Assembly (NCBI GenBank): GCA_036172245.1
Contig: JAYWIR010000001.1
Location: 4,464,001-4,528,000 of the forward strand
DNA from: Raillietiella orientalis
Taxonomy: Eukaryota
Length of the DNA stretch: 64,000 nt
Direction of reading: 5' to 3'
Below are positions 11,201 to 23,900 of this stretch, one piece after another. The notes under the pieces are model-generated. The model did not search any database, was not told where the DNA came from, and saw nothing but the letters and a program-made list of their open reading frames with translations. The position numbers and the translations under genes were made by a program. Position 1 is the first letter of the stretch. Each line of letters begins with the position of its first letter.

Positions 11201-14069
11201 CCGCCACTACCACCACCAGTAGTTGCGTGGGCCTCTCGATGACCATCCTCGCCCCGATACGGCTGAAGGGGTACGGGCGCGAGCGCATCTTCTCGATGTT
11301 CCTCCAGGAAACTCCTCGGAGCGGCAGCGGACTGCCTCCACCCTCTGAGCACTCGTGTAGGGAGATCCCCGCCTCCTCCGAGTGTGCCTCCGGGGAAGGT
11401 CACGGGTCTCTGAGAGTTTGAGGTCGTGTTCGACGGTGGGGGACGAGAGCGATGGCTGGGGAGGTACTCTGCAGCCAAATCTGCAGCTTTCGGCCCACCC
11501 CCAGTGCGGAGAGGGTGTGGAAGGCTGTCTCAGCGGGTGCCGAAGGGCTAGCGGGGGTCTTCGGGGAAGGGGGGGATGAAACGGAGGTCGGGGGACGCGG
11601 ATGAGAAAGGGAGAAGGATCTCTTCGGGGAGGCGGGCCTTCTCGACAGAAGGGGAGGAACCGGTGCGCCAAGGCGCACACCGCGAGGAGCGCCGCGCTGA
11701 GGGAGCGGCGACCCCGCTCACCCCGCTCTCCAGGCAGGCCGGGGAGCGGGGAGACCTCCAGGAGAGAGAGGGACCTCTGGTGTCGGAGGAGACACTGACG
11801 ATGGCTGCCCCACTGAAGTTGTCCCCGCCTTTCCCGTCACGCTTCGTTTCCTCCCCCTCCGAGGTCTTCGAGGCAACGGGACCGTTCCTTCCCCCTTCGA
11901 ACAGTCGGCACGCACCCGGGACGGCGACCGACTGCATCTCCGTGTCCCCCCCTCCCGACGGAAAGGTACTTAGAGGGGAAGACAAAGGGGGTTGCTCTCG
12001 GTGGCGCCAGCGGAAATCGGGAGGAAGGTTGAAGCGGACGGACGAAGGACCGCACCTTCGCGGAGGACCGGGTCGGTTTGGCGACACTGCTTCCACCTCG
12101 TCTCCTGTCTCCTTTCCATTCCCTTTAGGATAGTGTTCCCCGGAGCCTAGCTTCTCGGTCCTTCTTCCCTCACGCCGAGAGAAAGACATCCTGCTTGTGG
12201 CCTTCCGCCCGCCCGCAGACAGGAGTCGTGGAGTCGTGGCCGGGTCCGGTCCCGAGACACCGGGATGCGCGCTCCTCCTAGAGTCCAAATGTGCCGAGGA
12301 GATGCAGGCGCGTTCTCCCGGGCCGGGAGCGCTCCCCGCCTCCAGCCGGCTCGGTCTTTCCCGCCAAGGAAGTTCTCAAAAAGTTTGGAGCTCTCCCATG
12401 ATGCCTCGCTCCCGGTCTCCGCCCGGACCGCACGGCCACATTGCTACGGGATGCCCAGGATTGCTGGCGTCTTCAGCCTCCCGGAAGTCCAGAAACCGAA
12501 AAAAAATAAAAAAAAGCGGTGGGGGGGAGGGGATGAAGGAAGGAAGAAAAAACGACGGGTGCTGGAGACGGCGGGCACGGCACGCGGGCACGAAGAGGGC
12601 GGCGCCACAGTTGTGGTGGCGAGCCGTCAGGCGAGTCCTCTGTGCTCTCCTCTTGTCGCTCCATCCGCTACGCCTCTTCCCTTGCACTTCTCTTCCTCCT
12701 CCCCGAAGCGTTCCCCAATCCGCAAACGCAGCAGCGGGCGCGCCCTTCTTGGGCACCCTCGTCGGAGGAAACTGGAGACGCAGCCACAGGAAGGGTGCAC
12801 CTCACAAAACTCCTGCAACGGGAGCTGGGTGCGAGAGCAAACCCGGCTTCACGTGGCAAGAGTTCACCCCCCTCCCGCCCCTCTCTTCCTTTTTACACGT
12901 TGAAGGTGCGGGGAGGAATCTCGCAGACCTCTCCCGCAGCAGTCAAAGACCCCACAGAAACGAGCAGCCCAAAACACGCCGTGGACCACGCGTTCGCGGT
13001 TCGCTTTGTTCCTTTCCCATCTCTTTTGGCGCGCGTTTTCCGCGTCACGTCTAGCCCGCGCGCCTGATGCTCGTGACGTCACGGCGACGGTTACCAGAAT
13101 ACGAACCGCATTTTAACTTGACAGCCATTGCGGAAGACACCCCTCTATCCTACTTTATGTTAATGGAAACACGCGCGCGCGCGCATGTACACACACACGC
13201 ACGCTTGATGAAAACGTGATCCTGCGTAAAGCACCCGTCCTCCTTTAGACGGGGCCGTGGCTGCTGCTTCCTCCTGCTAGTGCGGTGTTTCGAACAGGCT
13301 GACCGTAAATGGGTGCTCTTTGTGCGCGCATCGGTGCACGTGGAGCGATCCCGAACTGCGGTGTCACGTGACCCGGTTTCTACGAAATTTCGAACCGGTG
13401 GCATTTTGGATCTCTTCGAAATGTGGAGAAACACTTGACAACACGGGCACCCTGCTTTCTGTTATGCCTTTTTTACGCCGAATTCGTGTTGCTGGCTGAG
13501 GTCGAATCCGTTAGGTGCGCAATATGCTTCTTTATTTTAGCCGTCGGGACTATATTTCCGTGTTCGGGAAGGCTCCTTTTTTTTTTTTACGAAAAAAAAA
13601 AAAAAACTCATTATGGTGCTCAGAGAAGTGTTTTGTAGTGTGAATGTTGACGTACTTTCCTTTCCGCGGAATCGTGTGCTGAAGCGCCTATCAGAGTTCG
13701 CAAAAGTTCGAATGTCGACTTTGAAGGGATGACATCCCCTTCGCTCTACGTAAATCTTCCCTTAATCAATACAGGCGAATGCAAGCTGCACTCTTCCAGA
13801 ATGTGACGTCTGATTGTGAAGGGACTCGCACCTTTTGTGTAGGAATAAGCGAATGCTAACGAAATTCGAGGTCATCACCGTTCGTGATGACCACGTTTTG
13901 CGTGTGTGTGCGCGCGTTCCTTCCGTAGAAATGCTGTGGGGAGAAGACGAGGGGCAACAGGTCTCCCAAAGCTCGACGCTGGGAATGCCATCAAGTTGCT
14001 CCTCACCGTCAATGCACTTTCGTCGACTCGTCAAGAGAGCAGCAGCCGGGTGAGAACTTCCGTGGCCAC

Positions 14070-14760
14070 CCGCTGGACTGCGTGGCTGCGGTTTCCGCAC
14101 GTGGCACCGAACGCTGCGGGTTCGAATCCCACCTAAGAAAAGATGGACGCCGAGAAATGTGGGATGCGTTGTGGGTTTCGAGTTCCCCCCGCAGGATGAC
14201 GCTGGATGGCCGGTAGCCTTCGAGTGCCACGGCACTGCTGGAAGCCGGAAATCCCCCGCTGACTGACCGCCGGGATTGGAAGTCGACCCTCCGGGGTCCT
14301 CCCGGGAATCAAGGAGATGGCTCCCCTTCGGTTGTGAAAATGGAACCCTCCATCGCTTACCATGGAGCTGGTGGATACCACCTCGGGGGGTCGCCTCTCT
14401 AGAGTGTAAGAAGCGCACCGCTCCCTTCGGGGAGCAACACTTCGGAGAAATCGGGAAACGTCCCTTCGGGGTTCTCTTCAGGGGAGGAAACCAGGAACGG
14501 ATCCTTCCCAGGGGTTCCCTTCGGAGAAGCAACGAAGAGTGGCTTCTTTGGATGGGGTTCTCCGAAGCGAACAAGGAAGAGGGTCCCTTAAGGGTTCCCT
14601 TCGAAGACAACCAGGGCGGAGGTTCCTTTCGAGATTCCCTACCAAGAGTAGGAAGAACAGACTCGTTCATCTGGAGCCTTCCTGGATTCATAGGGTGGTC
14701 CCTCCGTGGTTATCCCTAACTTGAAGATTCACAAACGTGGCGTGGGCAGTGTTGAAGACC
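14070..14760 (+). mobile_element. tRNA-derived SINE-like repeat, copy A, with internal ~40-bp tandem repeat
   Basis: B-box GGTTCGAATCCC at ~14119-14130. Colinear similarity with 20180-20930 (e.g. GATGACGCTGG, AGTCGACC, CGTCCCTTCxGGGTTCTCTTCAG, AGACAACCAGGG, CCTTCCTGGATTCATAGGG). Confidence 0.7.
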
Positions 14761-14879
14761 TCTGTAAGCCCCCTCTCAGGAGCCGAACGGTTCTTCAGTA
14801 CTCAGCGAAATCAAACAAGAAAAATAAAACAACAAAAAAGAAAGGTTGAAGGAAAGCACGGAAAACAGGAGAACCCCCG

Positions 14880-15320
14880 AAAGGATTTTCATTATCCCAG
14901 GCCCAACAGTTTTGGCCGAACTGATGAGGCATTCCTAGTTTTTGTTGATGCGCTGCCTTGGTGTTGTTCCTGCCAAACCGTGCGTCGTATATTTGAGTTT
15001 CCCTGGTGGGTCTGTCCCCACGAATCCTCGGGCGCATCCGTGCGTTTGGGTAGAGAGATGTGGTGGTCCTGGTATTCAGCATCCCCACTGATACAAACCT
15101 ATCTTTTGGTGAAGCCTTTCTGTGGAACACCAGCCAACGCCCACCCATTTCCCTCGAAGGATCTTCGATCCACCCCTTAACTCCGGTACGCCAGCATCCG
15201 ATCCGCCGGCTGACAATCACGCAAGCATCCCTCTTTCAACGTCAGATTCCCAAGTGGACTGATTCCTGGTTCACGGCCTCTTTGCAGGAGTGGTCACTCG
15301 TTCGTTTCACCCTTACCCAA
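14880..15320 (-). mobile_element. Fragment of non-LTR retrotransposon RT C-terminal region
   Basis: Translation ESVHLGI (~KYLG) followed by TTTSLYPNARMRPRI (~LYxxxIRPxLxY). Weak and degenerate. Confidence 0.3.
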
Positions 15321-16799
15321 GCGCAAACTGCGTTCGAAGCGATTCTTACGAATCATCTAAAAATCAAAAGGCTTTTTTTTAAAAAAAAAATTCCTTTGAA
15401 GTTTGGTATGCTGAAATCTTCGAGAATCCTGTATCCTAAATCAGCGGCAGGGAACCTGTTTGTCCTACTGGGCCTGTGCCCATTCAAGAAATCTGCTGAG
15501 CGACACGATTTTGTACACAGCGAATGCCAATTTCTTAATATCGATTTCATCCCCTTCTTGTTTTTCTTCATTCTGAACGCCATGTGGACCGGTCCAACTC
15601 TTAGGTGAGTTAATTTTGCCCGAGTTGTTGGTTCGCGGACTCGAAAACAAGATGAGTGAAAGGAAGATGGAAAGATAATTTGCCTTTGCTCTTCGGAGAT
15701 GTCCTCACGTCGGAAGGAACCGTTTCCTGCTTGCACTGGGACAGATAAGGGTGAGCGGAGGGGGGAAAAGGATGGAGGGGAAGAGGGGTGGTTGGTTAGC
15801 TGCACCGCTTTCTCTTGATTCTTCCGTCAGGGGTTCTGGACCGTTTGGTCGCCCAATCTTCCTGGGTTTTGCGCAGGGTGTATCGGATGGCCCACGACAT
15901 TCACGTTCAAGAAAACATCCAATGATCACAGAGGCGAAGCAAAGAAAAAAGCAGTCAACTCTCTAAGGAAAGCCTTAGTAACCAGTTGTCTCCCAAGTGG
16001 ATCAAATTTTCAGATTTATCAGACGTTGTCATCCACAGTTCGCGTCCTTACGAGTGGATGAAATGTATTTTTTTGTATGTCTAAGCGTGAAAAGTTTTTT
16101 CATATCTGCAAAAATAAGTGGACATTAATCAGTGTTTCTATCGAAATCGTTGACCACTGTGGTCACTAATCGGGAATGCACCTGGATGAGATTCCTGTCT
16201 TCGTTTCCGCCTGCAAGCTTGTATGGGGCCAGCCAGCACGGAACGGTTCGTCAGCAGTTGCTAGCGGGGATTTCGACCTGTGTGCCTGCTACCGTCCCAC
16301 ATGTTGTAGTGGTCGTTTCAAAGGGGGACGGTGGGAACCCTTGGCACCGGTGTGTGGCTCCAAACGGCGCGCCCACTCCCAAGGTATGCCGCTTTATAAG
16401 GAATGCACGTGCTATAAAATTCGCTGAGTAGAAGTGGATGTAGTCCAAGTGAATCGTCAGCTTGTAAATCGATTAGCTCGAGCTGAAAATTAGGAGCTGT
16501 CCCCTTGGTTGTACGGAAGGAGTAGAAAATAATTACAGTACCACCTTAATTTCATTAAATACTCCGAACCTGTCTGTTAATTCTTCTCTAATTTTTTTGG
16601 CACTCCTTCCCGGGTTCCACGATAGATGCCGGATTCGTTGATTGCAGTGCGAGGAATCCGGTGAGCGGGTAACTGGTTCTCCCGGAGTACCGCTCGCAAG
16701 GCGGCGATTCCCTAACCCTCCTGGCGGTTGGGTGTTTTTTACTCAACCTTATTTAGGCGCGAACCAGCAATCAACAAATCACAGACGACAAATAAGAAT

Positions 16800-19700
16800 G
16801 TTTGCTCAGGATATAGAGGATGATCAAGGCTGGTACCTCACCGCACTCTCCGGTCCCGACTCCGCGCTTCAAAAGTCCCACCAACAGCTCCCTTGCGGAA
16901 ACCTGCATTCCTTTAGATTCCTGCATTCCTGCGAAGTTCTGTTCTTATGCTCATAATGCTTCGCAGGAAGAAGGCAAATACGACATTTCGCGGGGGGTTG
17001 TACATGGGAACGCCTCCCTGTCCACGGAAGAGACTCTGAAGGATCTCGATTCCGGAGTACGTTGTTAGTTTTATCGCTTTTTTGACCACTCTCCAGTCTC
17101 GGGAAAGGGTTCTGCGTGTGTACAGGTGCGCGGGATTTTCGGTGCTCCTGCATGTAGGGCACTCTTCGTCACGCGGGTTCCCGTTCCAATGATGAAGACT
17201 CGTGCCGCACAGGATCTCTCCGTGATAAAACGTGATGATAAAACATCAGGAGACAGTCTTGGATCTCCAGAGGCAGCTCGAACCTCCATAGGAAGGTCCT
17301 GATGGCTTGTGGGTTCAAGGTCGGCTCTCCGAACCTTGCCCACGTCGATTCCACGGCTTTTTCAGCGGTGGTGCGCTGTTTGTTGCGTGCGTCCAGTGTT
17401 CGGGGGTTGTTGACTCCCATCCACTGCGATCCTTGGTCCTGCCGCACTTTGCGGGACTCGTGGGTCGTCCACCCTTGCAGCTGGCGCTTGTAATTTCATA
17501 TTCATAGTTCGTGGGGGTTCCCATTGGTCACAAAACCTTCTCACGCCGATTGTGAGCCCGGGTCATGCCTTACACCATTCTCTCGTGGCCTGCGGCACGC
17601 TCACCGCTTCCGTTTGAAAGGCAGCGATACTGCGATAGAGCAGGATGACGACTGGCCGCGTGGGACCCTACAGTTCAACATTAGCTTTTGTTGACTACGC
17701 AGTGGACAAACGCTAGAGCACGAGACCAACCATTCTTTTCTATCTCAGGCACACCACTGCCTTCCATATCCATAAGCAGCTTAATCCCACTCACGCAGTC
17801 ATGTACACTGCTGAGAAGGTGACGATGGATTTCCTGAAGGCCACTGGACCACAGGGCATAGCGACAGGGATCCCTGAAAACGTGGTTTCGTCTGGAGAGA
17901 GTCCACCCAAGCATGCACTGCCCTGTTCCAGATATTGAACAAATTGTCTTACCGATTGCGTAGCCTGCGCACGCGATGCTGTTGACTTTCAACCAAAGGT
18001 CTTGTCATTGGCTGCTGCTGTTGCTGTCACCGGGTTGTGTTTCCAACTTGATCCGCTCCAGGGCTTCCCCATTTACAAAAACGTGCTTCACGAGAAGAAC
18101 AACCAACGACGGAAAGATGCACCCGCCACCTTCGCACCTTCTCCCGTTTCGAGCTTCACCACCTTCGGCTTCCGGCTCCCGTCACGCTTCTGCAAGGCGT
18201 CCCCGTCGCCGCATTGCACGCTTCCCGCGTATTGGGCGCATTGGGATTTCCCATTCAACTCGGCGAAGCGATAATGGGGCTCGAGAGCAACTGAACTTCC
18301 GGTGCCCACCGCGCGACTTCCTCCCCGTTGTCGACTTTTCTCCGGAGCACCGACAAGGCTGGGCGCATTCTGGTTGAAATGCTGAAGCGAGTCGAGTTTT
18401 ACCGAAGCAAATAGGTTCAAGTACGCCTCGCAGGCGTGACCTTCGCACAGCTATGGCTCTACCCCAAATGTGACACCCTCCACGGCGGGCTCCTTTGTGA
18501 GCAAAGGGACTTCTCCTTGCCTCCTCCCACCGCTCTCCCCTGTCATCCAACAGCAGCTGTTGCTCTCCGTACCGGGAGCCAGAGTCAAATGGCTGTTAAG
18601 CAGGCAAACTTTAGAATAACGATGACAATTTATCAGGAGAGGATGGCTCGAAGAAAAATGACCGGAACTGTTGCTCACGATGAATTTTCTCGATTTCCTT
18701 TCAAACGCATCTGCTAGCAGAAGTTTATCGGTGATCGGCACAAGGAGGAGACAAATCACAATTTTGAAAAGTTCCCGAAGGCCACAGATGTGGCTCTAAA
18801 CGCAATGACGCAGTTATATTCGTCTCGGTAATTGTCAGCAGAGAATTCGCCAAGCACCTAATCCTTGCTCAGTATAGGAAAGGTTTTCCCAAGAAGTGGC
18901 GGTAAGCAGAGTGTTACACTGTAAAAGAAGGCTTGCGATCCCGATCGGCTTCCAAACCGCTAGGATGGGATAATTAAGCAGTAAGAAAACACACAAGTAG
19001 CTTAGGAGTCATCCAGGCTGCGAGTTTGAAAGACCAAGATCATTGATCACTGATTAGCAATTAACGGCCTGGAGTGGTTTTTGAAATGAGGACAATTGAT
19101 GCACTGCATCCGGAAGACTTAACTAAAGCTGTGCCGACAATTTAGGTTTTAAGGTCGCACTGTTTCTCCTGAAGACGTCCTGGCAAAGAACGAGACTTGA
19201 TTTTCAATGAAAATGGTAAACTTTTTCAGGTCTCACCGCACACTTCAGTTTGTACCTTTCTTCCAGTTGGGGCTCCATTATAGCCTTTCCCCCTCTGTGG
19301 CTTTGGAAGTTCAAGATGGTCTCTCGAAAAGCTCATTTAAGCAATTTTTGAACTAATCCTGGAGGTCGTGTTCGGTCCTGGAGGCGAATTTACTGATTCT
19401 ATCGAGGATCTCAAGTTCCTTCCCTTAAAACGTTCTGTGTAATGCTCTTCCACCCCATCTCAGGCAAAATGTACTTGGGTTATCCACACTGCACTATCTT
19501 CAAAACAGGAATTGCTGATCAATTCGCGACGGATACGTTTCTCTCAGCAGCGAAGATGAAGTGCACTCCGTACGACAAAGTTCCAATGGTGTCCAATAAA
19601 GATGTGGTCACTCGTGAGCAGTAATGGTGATAATGGTGACTAATGAAGATATCCAAAAAAATCATTTTAAAAAAGCTTAACAGGCATCCAGTTCGTTACC

Positions 19701-19900
19701 CCCAATATATGATATCTCCTATTAACTTTAAGATAAGTGGGAGGTTTAGGGAATGAAAATTTGGGCCATGGAAAAACTGACCATGATTCACAGTGTTTGC
19801 AAGATGCAGTCTTCTCATCCAGTCACAGAACTAATGCAGCCATATTACCTTCAGGTCTGAGGTAGTGTTCTCGCTGCTACACACATATTGTTCTCAAAGA
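16800..19900 (-). mobile_element. Decayed Ty3/gypsy LTR-retrotransposon pol (RT-RNaseH-integrase, K02A2.6-like)
   Basis: Broken motifs in gypsy order: GTLSYGV (~RLPFG, ~19570), SYTEQG (~NYSQIEKE, ~18870), ITDKLL (~TDHKPL, ~18730), PFAHK..GCHIWGR (~GCLLWGxRV, ~18470), ETQPG (~HxxHPG, ~18035), GVPEI..NG (~17745), SNGSGERA (~SNGxAER, ~17605), TSPAKCGR (~SPAELxxGR, ~17450). About 300 bp of unrelated sequence (~18100-18410) interrupts the integrase zinc-finger region. No LTRs identified. Confidence 0.55.
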
Positions 19901-20179
19901 ACACTTCAAAGATAGACTCATGGCATCGAATACTTCCCAAGTGTTGCATTTTCTTATCGGCAACAGCTCAAACTCACCCGGGAGCATGAAGGAATGAAAG
20001 ACAGAAGATATTTGACATAACGTTATGGGCATTTTGGACTTTTTAGTGAACCTGCGAGAGAAGAACCTCATAATAAGGATAGTTGTAGCTTTAGCCGTAT
20101 TGTACCTGCTATTCACTGTCGTGACCTGATTTTGTTAATCCACACAGATCCTGGTCATTTCGAGAGATCCTGCCCGCGC

Positions 20180-20930
20180 CGGAAACCGTGTGGTTATGAT
20201 GGTCTCCACGTGTGGCACCACCAAACGTCGTGGGTTCGAATACTCCGAAGGAATCGACGCAGTGCGTCGTGGGGTTCCGAAATTCACCCCACAAGATGAC
20301 GCTGGTTGGCCCACATTCATCCGGGTGCGGCGCTGGTAGTGGTTGAAACCGGATGCCCCCGATGAGGGCCGGGACAAATGAGAGTCGACCACCGAGTCCT
20401 TCCAGGAATCACGGAGTGGGAGTTCCCCCTCCAGTTGTGCAAAGGAGCGGACCTTCCATTCCGGGAGGACCCTCCGCGTCGTGCTGATGGAGTAGGTGTG
20501 TCGCCACCACCTCTCCAGAGAGTGCAGAGAAGCGAGCCGATCCCTTCGGGGAAGCTGAGTCCTTCTGAATTTCAGAAGCGTCCCTTCTGGGTTCTCTTCA
20601 GAGGAGTAAAAACAGGAGCGAATCCCTTGCGAGGGATCCCTCCGGGGAAGAAATTCCAGGATCGGATCCTTTCCGGGTTCCCTTCAGAGAAGGTAGAATG
20701 GAGCGGACCCCAGAGAGGGTTCTGCGGAGGGAATAAGGAAGGAGATTCTCTTTTGGATTACCCTTCGGAGACAACCAGGGTGGAGGTGATCTCCATTTCC
20801 GGGGATCCCTCCCCAGGCGTGAGAGGAACGGACTCCGAGTCCTTCCTGGATTCATAGGGCGGACCCCTCCCGGGGTACCCCCTATCTTGAAGAATTACCC
20901 ACCCTCGGGTGGCGTGGAACCGTGTCGAAG
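20180..20930 (+). mobile_element. tRNA-derived SINE-like repeat, copy B
   Basis: B-box-like GGTTCGAATAC at ~20233-20243. Colinear with copy A and carries roughly one extra internal repeat unit (~20610-20660). Confidence 0.7.
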
Positions 20931-23900
20931 AACTGCGAAGACAGATCCCGGGCATTTTTAAGGAAGAGCTTGTGCATGCAATGGTTGGTTAAACTTGGTG
21001 TTCGAAACCCGCCATCAATGCATGATTAACCCATATTTACTCGGTTTGAATTTCTTGGTTGCGTTTATATGGCTGAGTGCTGCCACCAGCATGTGCATCC
21101 CAATATGTTGCATGTAAATGCATTACAATCAAATCATCGCTGCCAATTGCTGATACATATTGAAAGCGGAATTTCATATTTTTTTTTTTTTTTTAATCTT
21201 GTGTCGTGTCTTTGCTTCCCATTGCAAAATGAAGTAACCAAGGGGCAAAAAACTCTGGAGTGGCAATGGATAGTAAAAGATGTAAAAACTTATTGCAAGG
21301 CGATTGCATCAATGCAATCCTTGCAGAAATCACCAGAAAGATCAAAGTGCAAGCATGAGCGGCCTTACTATTCTTTTGAGACGAGCGGTTGAAGGGAAGT
21401 GCTAGTCGAAGCTGAAGAATGTGAAAAAGAGAACAGGCAACTTTTTATCCGACTCCCTTAAAAAGAATTTCGAAATGTACGCTGGCGAAACTAACTCTTC
21501 GTATCGACTCCTTAGTATTTTTAAAATATTGCCGATTACCAGTACGAGGACATATTAGGAAGAAAACAATGGAATTCAAATGTTGGCTCCAACCAGTGGT
21601 ACCACCTACATTCAAATAAAAAAATGAAAAAGATCGTCATGCAGTTATCGACAAGCGCAGACTATCGTGTTAAATCTTTTGGACTTTGTATGAATGGCAT
21701 TTTCATACAAATGTAAAAATTAATTATACTTATCTGATTATCAGTTTGATATAAAATGGCGTAACTTAGAGAGAAAGACGAGTACCCGCCGAATACCTGG
21801 AAGGGCCAATTCGTTTGCTTTATCAGTCGTAAGAAAAAATTTCATTTACTTTTGAAACGTCAGTATTTATGAAAACTCAGCTTTTTATTAAAGTCACAAA
21901 AAAACAAAAAGCAGTTTATTAAAAAAAATAAAATAAAATAAAAAGCTTGGTAGCCAAATTGATCTCGACTAACGCAATAAAGCAGAAGAATTGAGTTAAC
22001 AGCAGATCGAAAAAAAGCGCTGTTAATATCTGTCTCGCTGGAGTCTGCAGCTTTGTGGCTACTTGTCTTAATTTCAAACACTGGCTGTTTGATCTTTTTT
22101 CCAGGAATATCGCAAACTGAGACCAACAAGAAGCCGAATGTTGATGACATCTGATGATCTTTGATCCCAGCTTCTGGATAAGCAATAGATAGCACTGTCA
22201 GGAGAAAAACGGCGAGGTGGTAGGGGTACAGAATGTTATAACTTTGCCAGGAAATTATAAAATGATAAACTCATTTTTGGAAAAAAAAAAAAAGTCCTCA
22301 TATGTGTGGTGCCCAGACTCTATTGCAGATTGCATAGAAGAACTCCACTCTGAATCACAAGATGCGCTCAACTCGACAAGGTTCACAACAGTATGAGCGA
22401 ACTCATTTAAAATGGTTTATTTCCCTCCAGGAATGCTTTCGGAAAAAATGGCAAGGCGAGTCTAGTCTTTCCTGTCTAGACCTTGCGTCTTCGCACGCGG
22501 TTCTCCATGTGGAGGAGGGGAAGCTGCTGTCCAGAGACGCAAAATCCAAAGGGAGAGAACGGAGCTGGTTAGAGGATAGTCAAAGAAATCCGAAGATATC
22601 TAACGTCGAGTCGAAAGGAAAACTTGAATGTCATGTGGTCAGATACATTGTGCATCTGGCAGCGGACGAAACAGAAATCAACGTATCTAAAGTTTTTGCT
22701 CTCAAGAACTAAGATGAGTAATCCAAAAGAAGAGTCGAAGATCGTTTCCTTGTGAGGTGGATTCGGGGGATGAAATATCCATTGGTTCGAAGAAAAAATA
22801 ATAATTTTATCACGCTAACTCCAGGAAACCGTGTTGTAGTGACGGTACATCACGAATGCTGTGCCAGAGACATCGCACAACCAGGGAGAGCTAGCTGCTC
22901 GTCGTGTTGGTCTCGGTCCGTGTCACAAAGGCTGTGGGTGCCCATCCGCTCTGCGGGAGTTCCAAGCCTTCAGGAAACAGTTTGGAGTGGACACTGCCTG
23001 TGGAGACTGGGCGCAGAACCTTCCCACAGAACAAATGCCAGAAGGAGCTGGGGAGCATTTTGAAGTAAGCCGATCCATAGAAAGGTCCTAAAGATCGCAC
23101 ATCATTCTGGGTTATCCATAGCAGAAGTGATCCAGAATCTGAGAAACCTGGTGAAACACCTGCAGAATCTCAGCAAACGAAGAAAATGCCTGCAGCCTCA
23201 CCTTTAGTGCAGGAGAAAACTAAGCTCATCTGTACAACTACTGAAACATCGAGGTGGTGGGCTTCAGCAGCAAGCAAAAGAAGCTTGTTCACATGGAATC
23301 AAGCGCCTATGTGAACTGATAGAACATATGAAAAGTAGTAGTTTTCGAGAAAAGGTGTGGCTAGTTGGTCACGTTGCAACAACGAACCTGACCAACTAGC
23401 TCCCTGAAAGCATCTCAGAAATCGTCAGACCCGCATATCGAGGATGACCCAAGCAAAGACACCCAGTTCGCACAGTTGTTTGCAAACACGTTCCTCAGAG
23501 TAGGAAAATGCGACTGCCTCAGCAGAAAATTCAGGTAAGGAATATTTACGGAATTCTAAATCTTCATGCATCAGAGGTCCGTGACCGTGGCCATATCTGT
23601 GCGGTCGAATCCGGTAGAATTTCCACGTCTCAGCACATGAAAACTCTGCGAGCTTCCTAAACACCAACCAGATCAGCGCAGAATTCAGTAATCGTACGGC
23701 ACATTAAGGGGACTTATCTCTCGAGTGATTTTAAACAGTCACACTTTATGTCTAGTAGGATTTTGTCAACACAACACATCAGAAGCACTGCCATGCAGTA
23801 CGTCCTCGGCTTGGCGTTCGATGACTCGGTCTGTAGCAAATATATGCAACGTTGCCCTCTACGTAACTAATCAGAAACACTTATATGTTGGCGCACGTCT

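Noticed and set aside
586..13082. Many long overlapping ORFs (up to 300 aa) in the GC-rich zone
   Set aside because: Rich in R/P/G/A/S, present in all six frames, no domain motifs; expected from stop-codon scarcity at high GC. Only the GPCR exons are supported.
14075..14135. tRNA gene suggested by GGTTCGAATCCC
   Set aside because: I could not build a full cloverleaf and there is no oligo-T terminator; it is the head of a dispersed repeat.
14420..14640. CRISPR-like repeat array
   Set aside because: Eukaryotic context, degenerate tandem units without unique spacers, and no cas genes.
14921..14960. Hammerhead ribozyme cores (CTGATGA here; similar at 19169, 20360, 36104)
   Set aside because: No properly placed stem II plus GAAA and closing stems.
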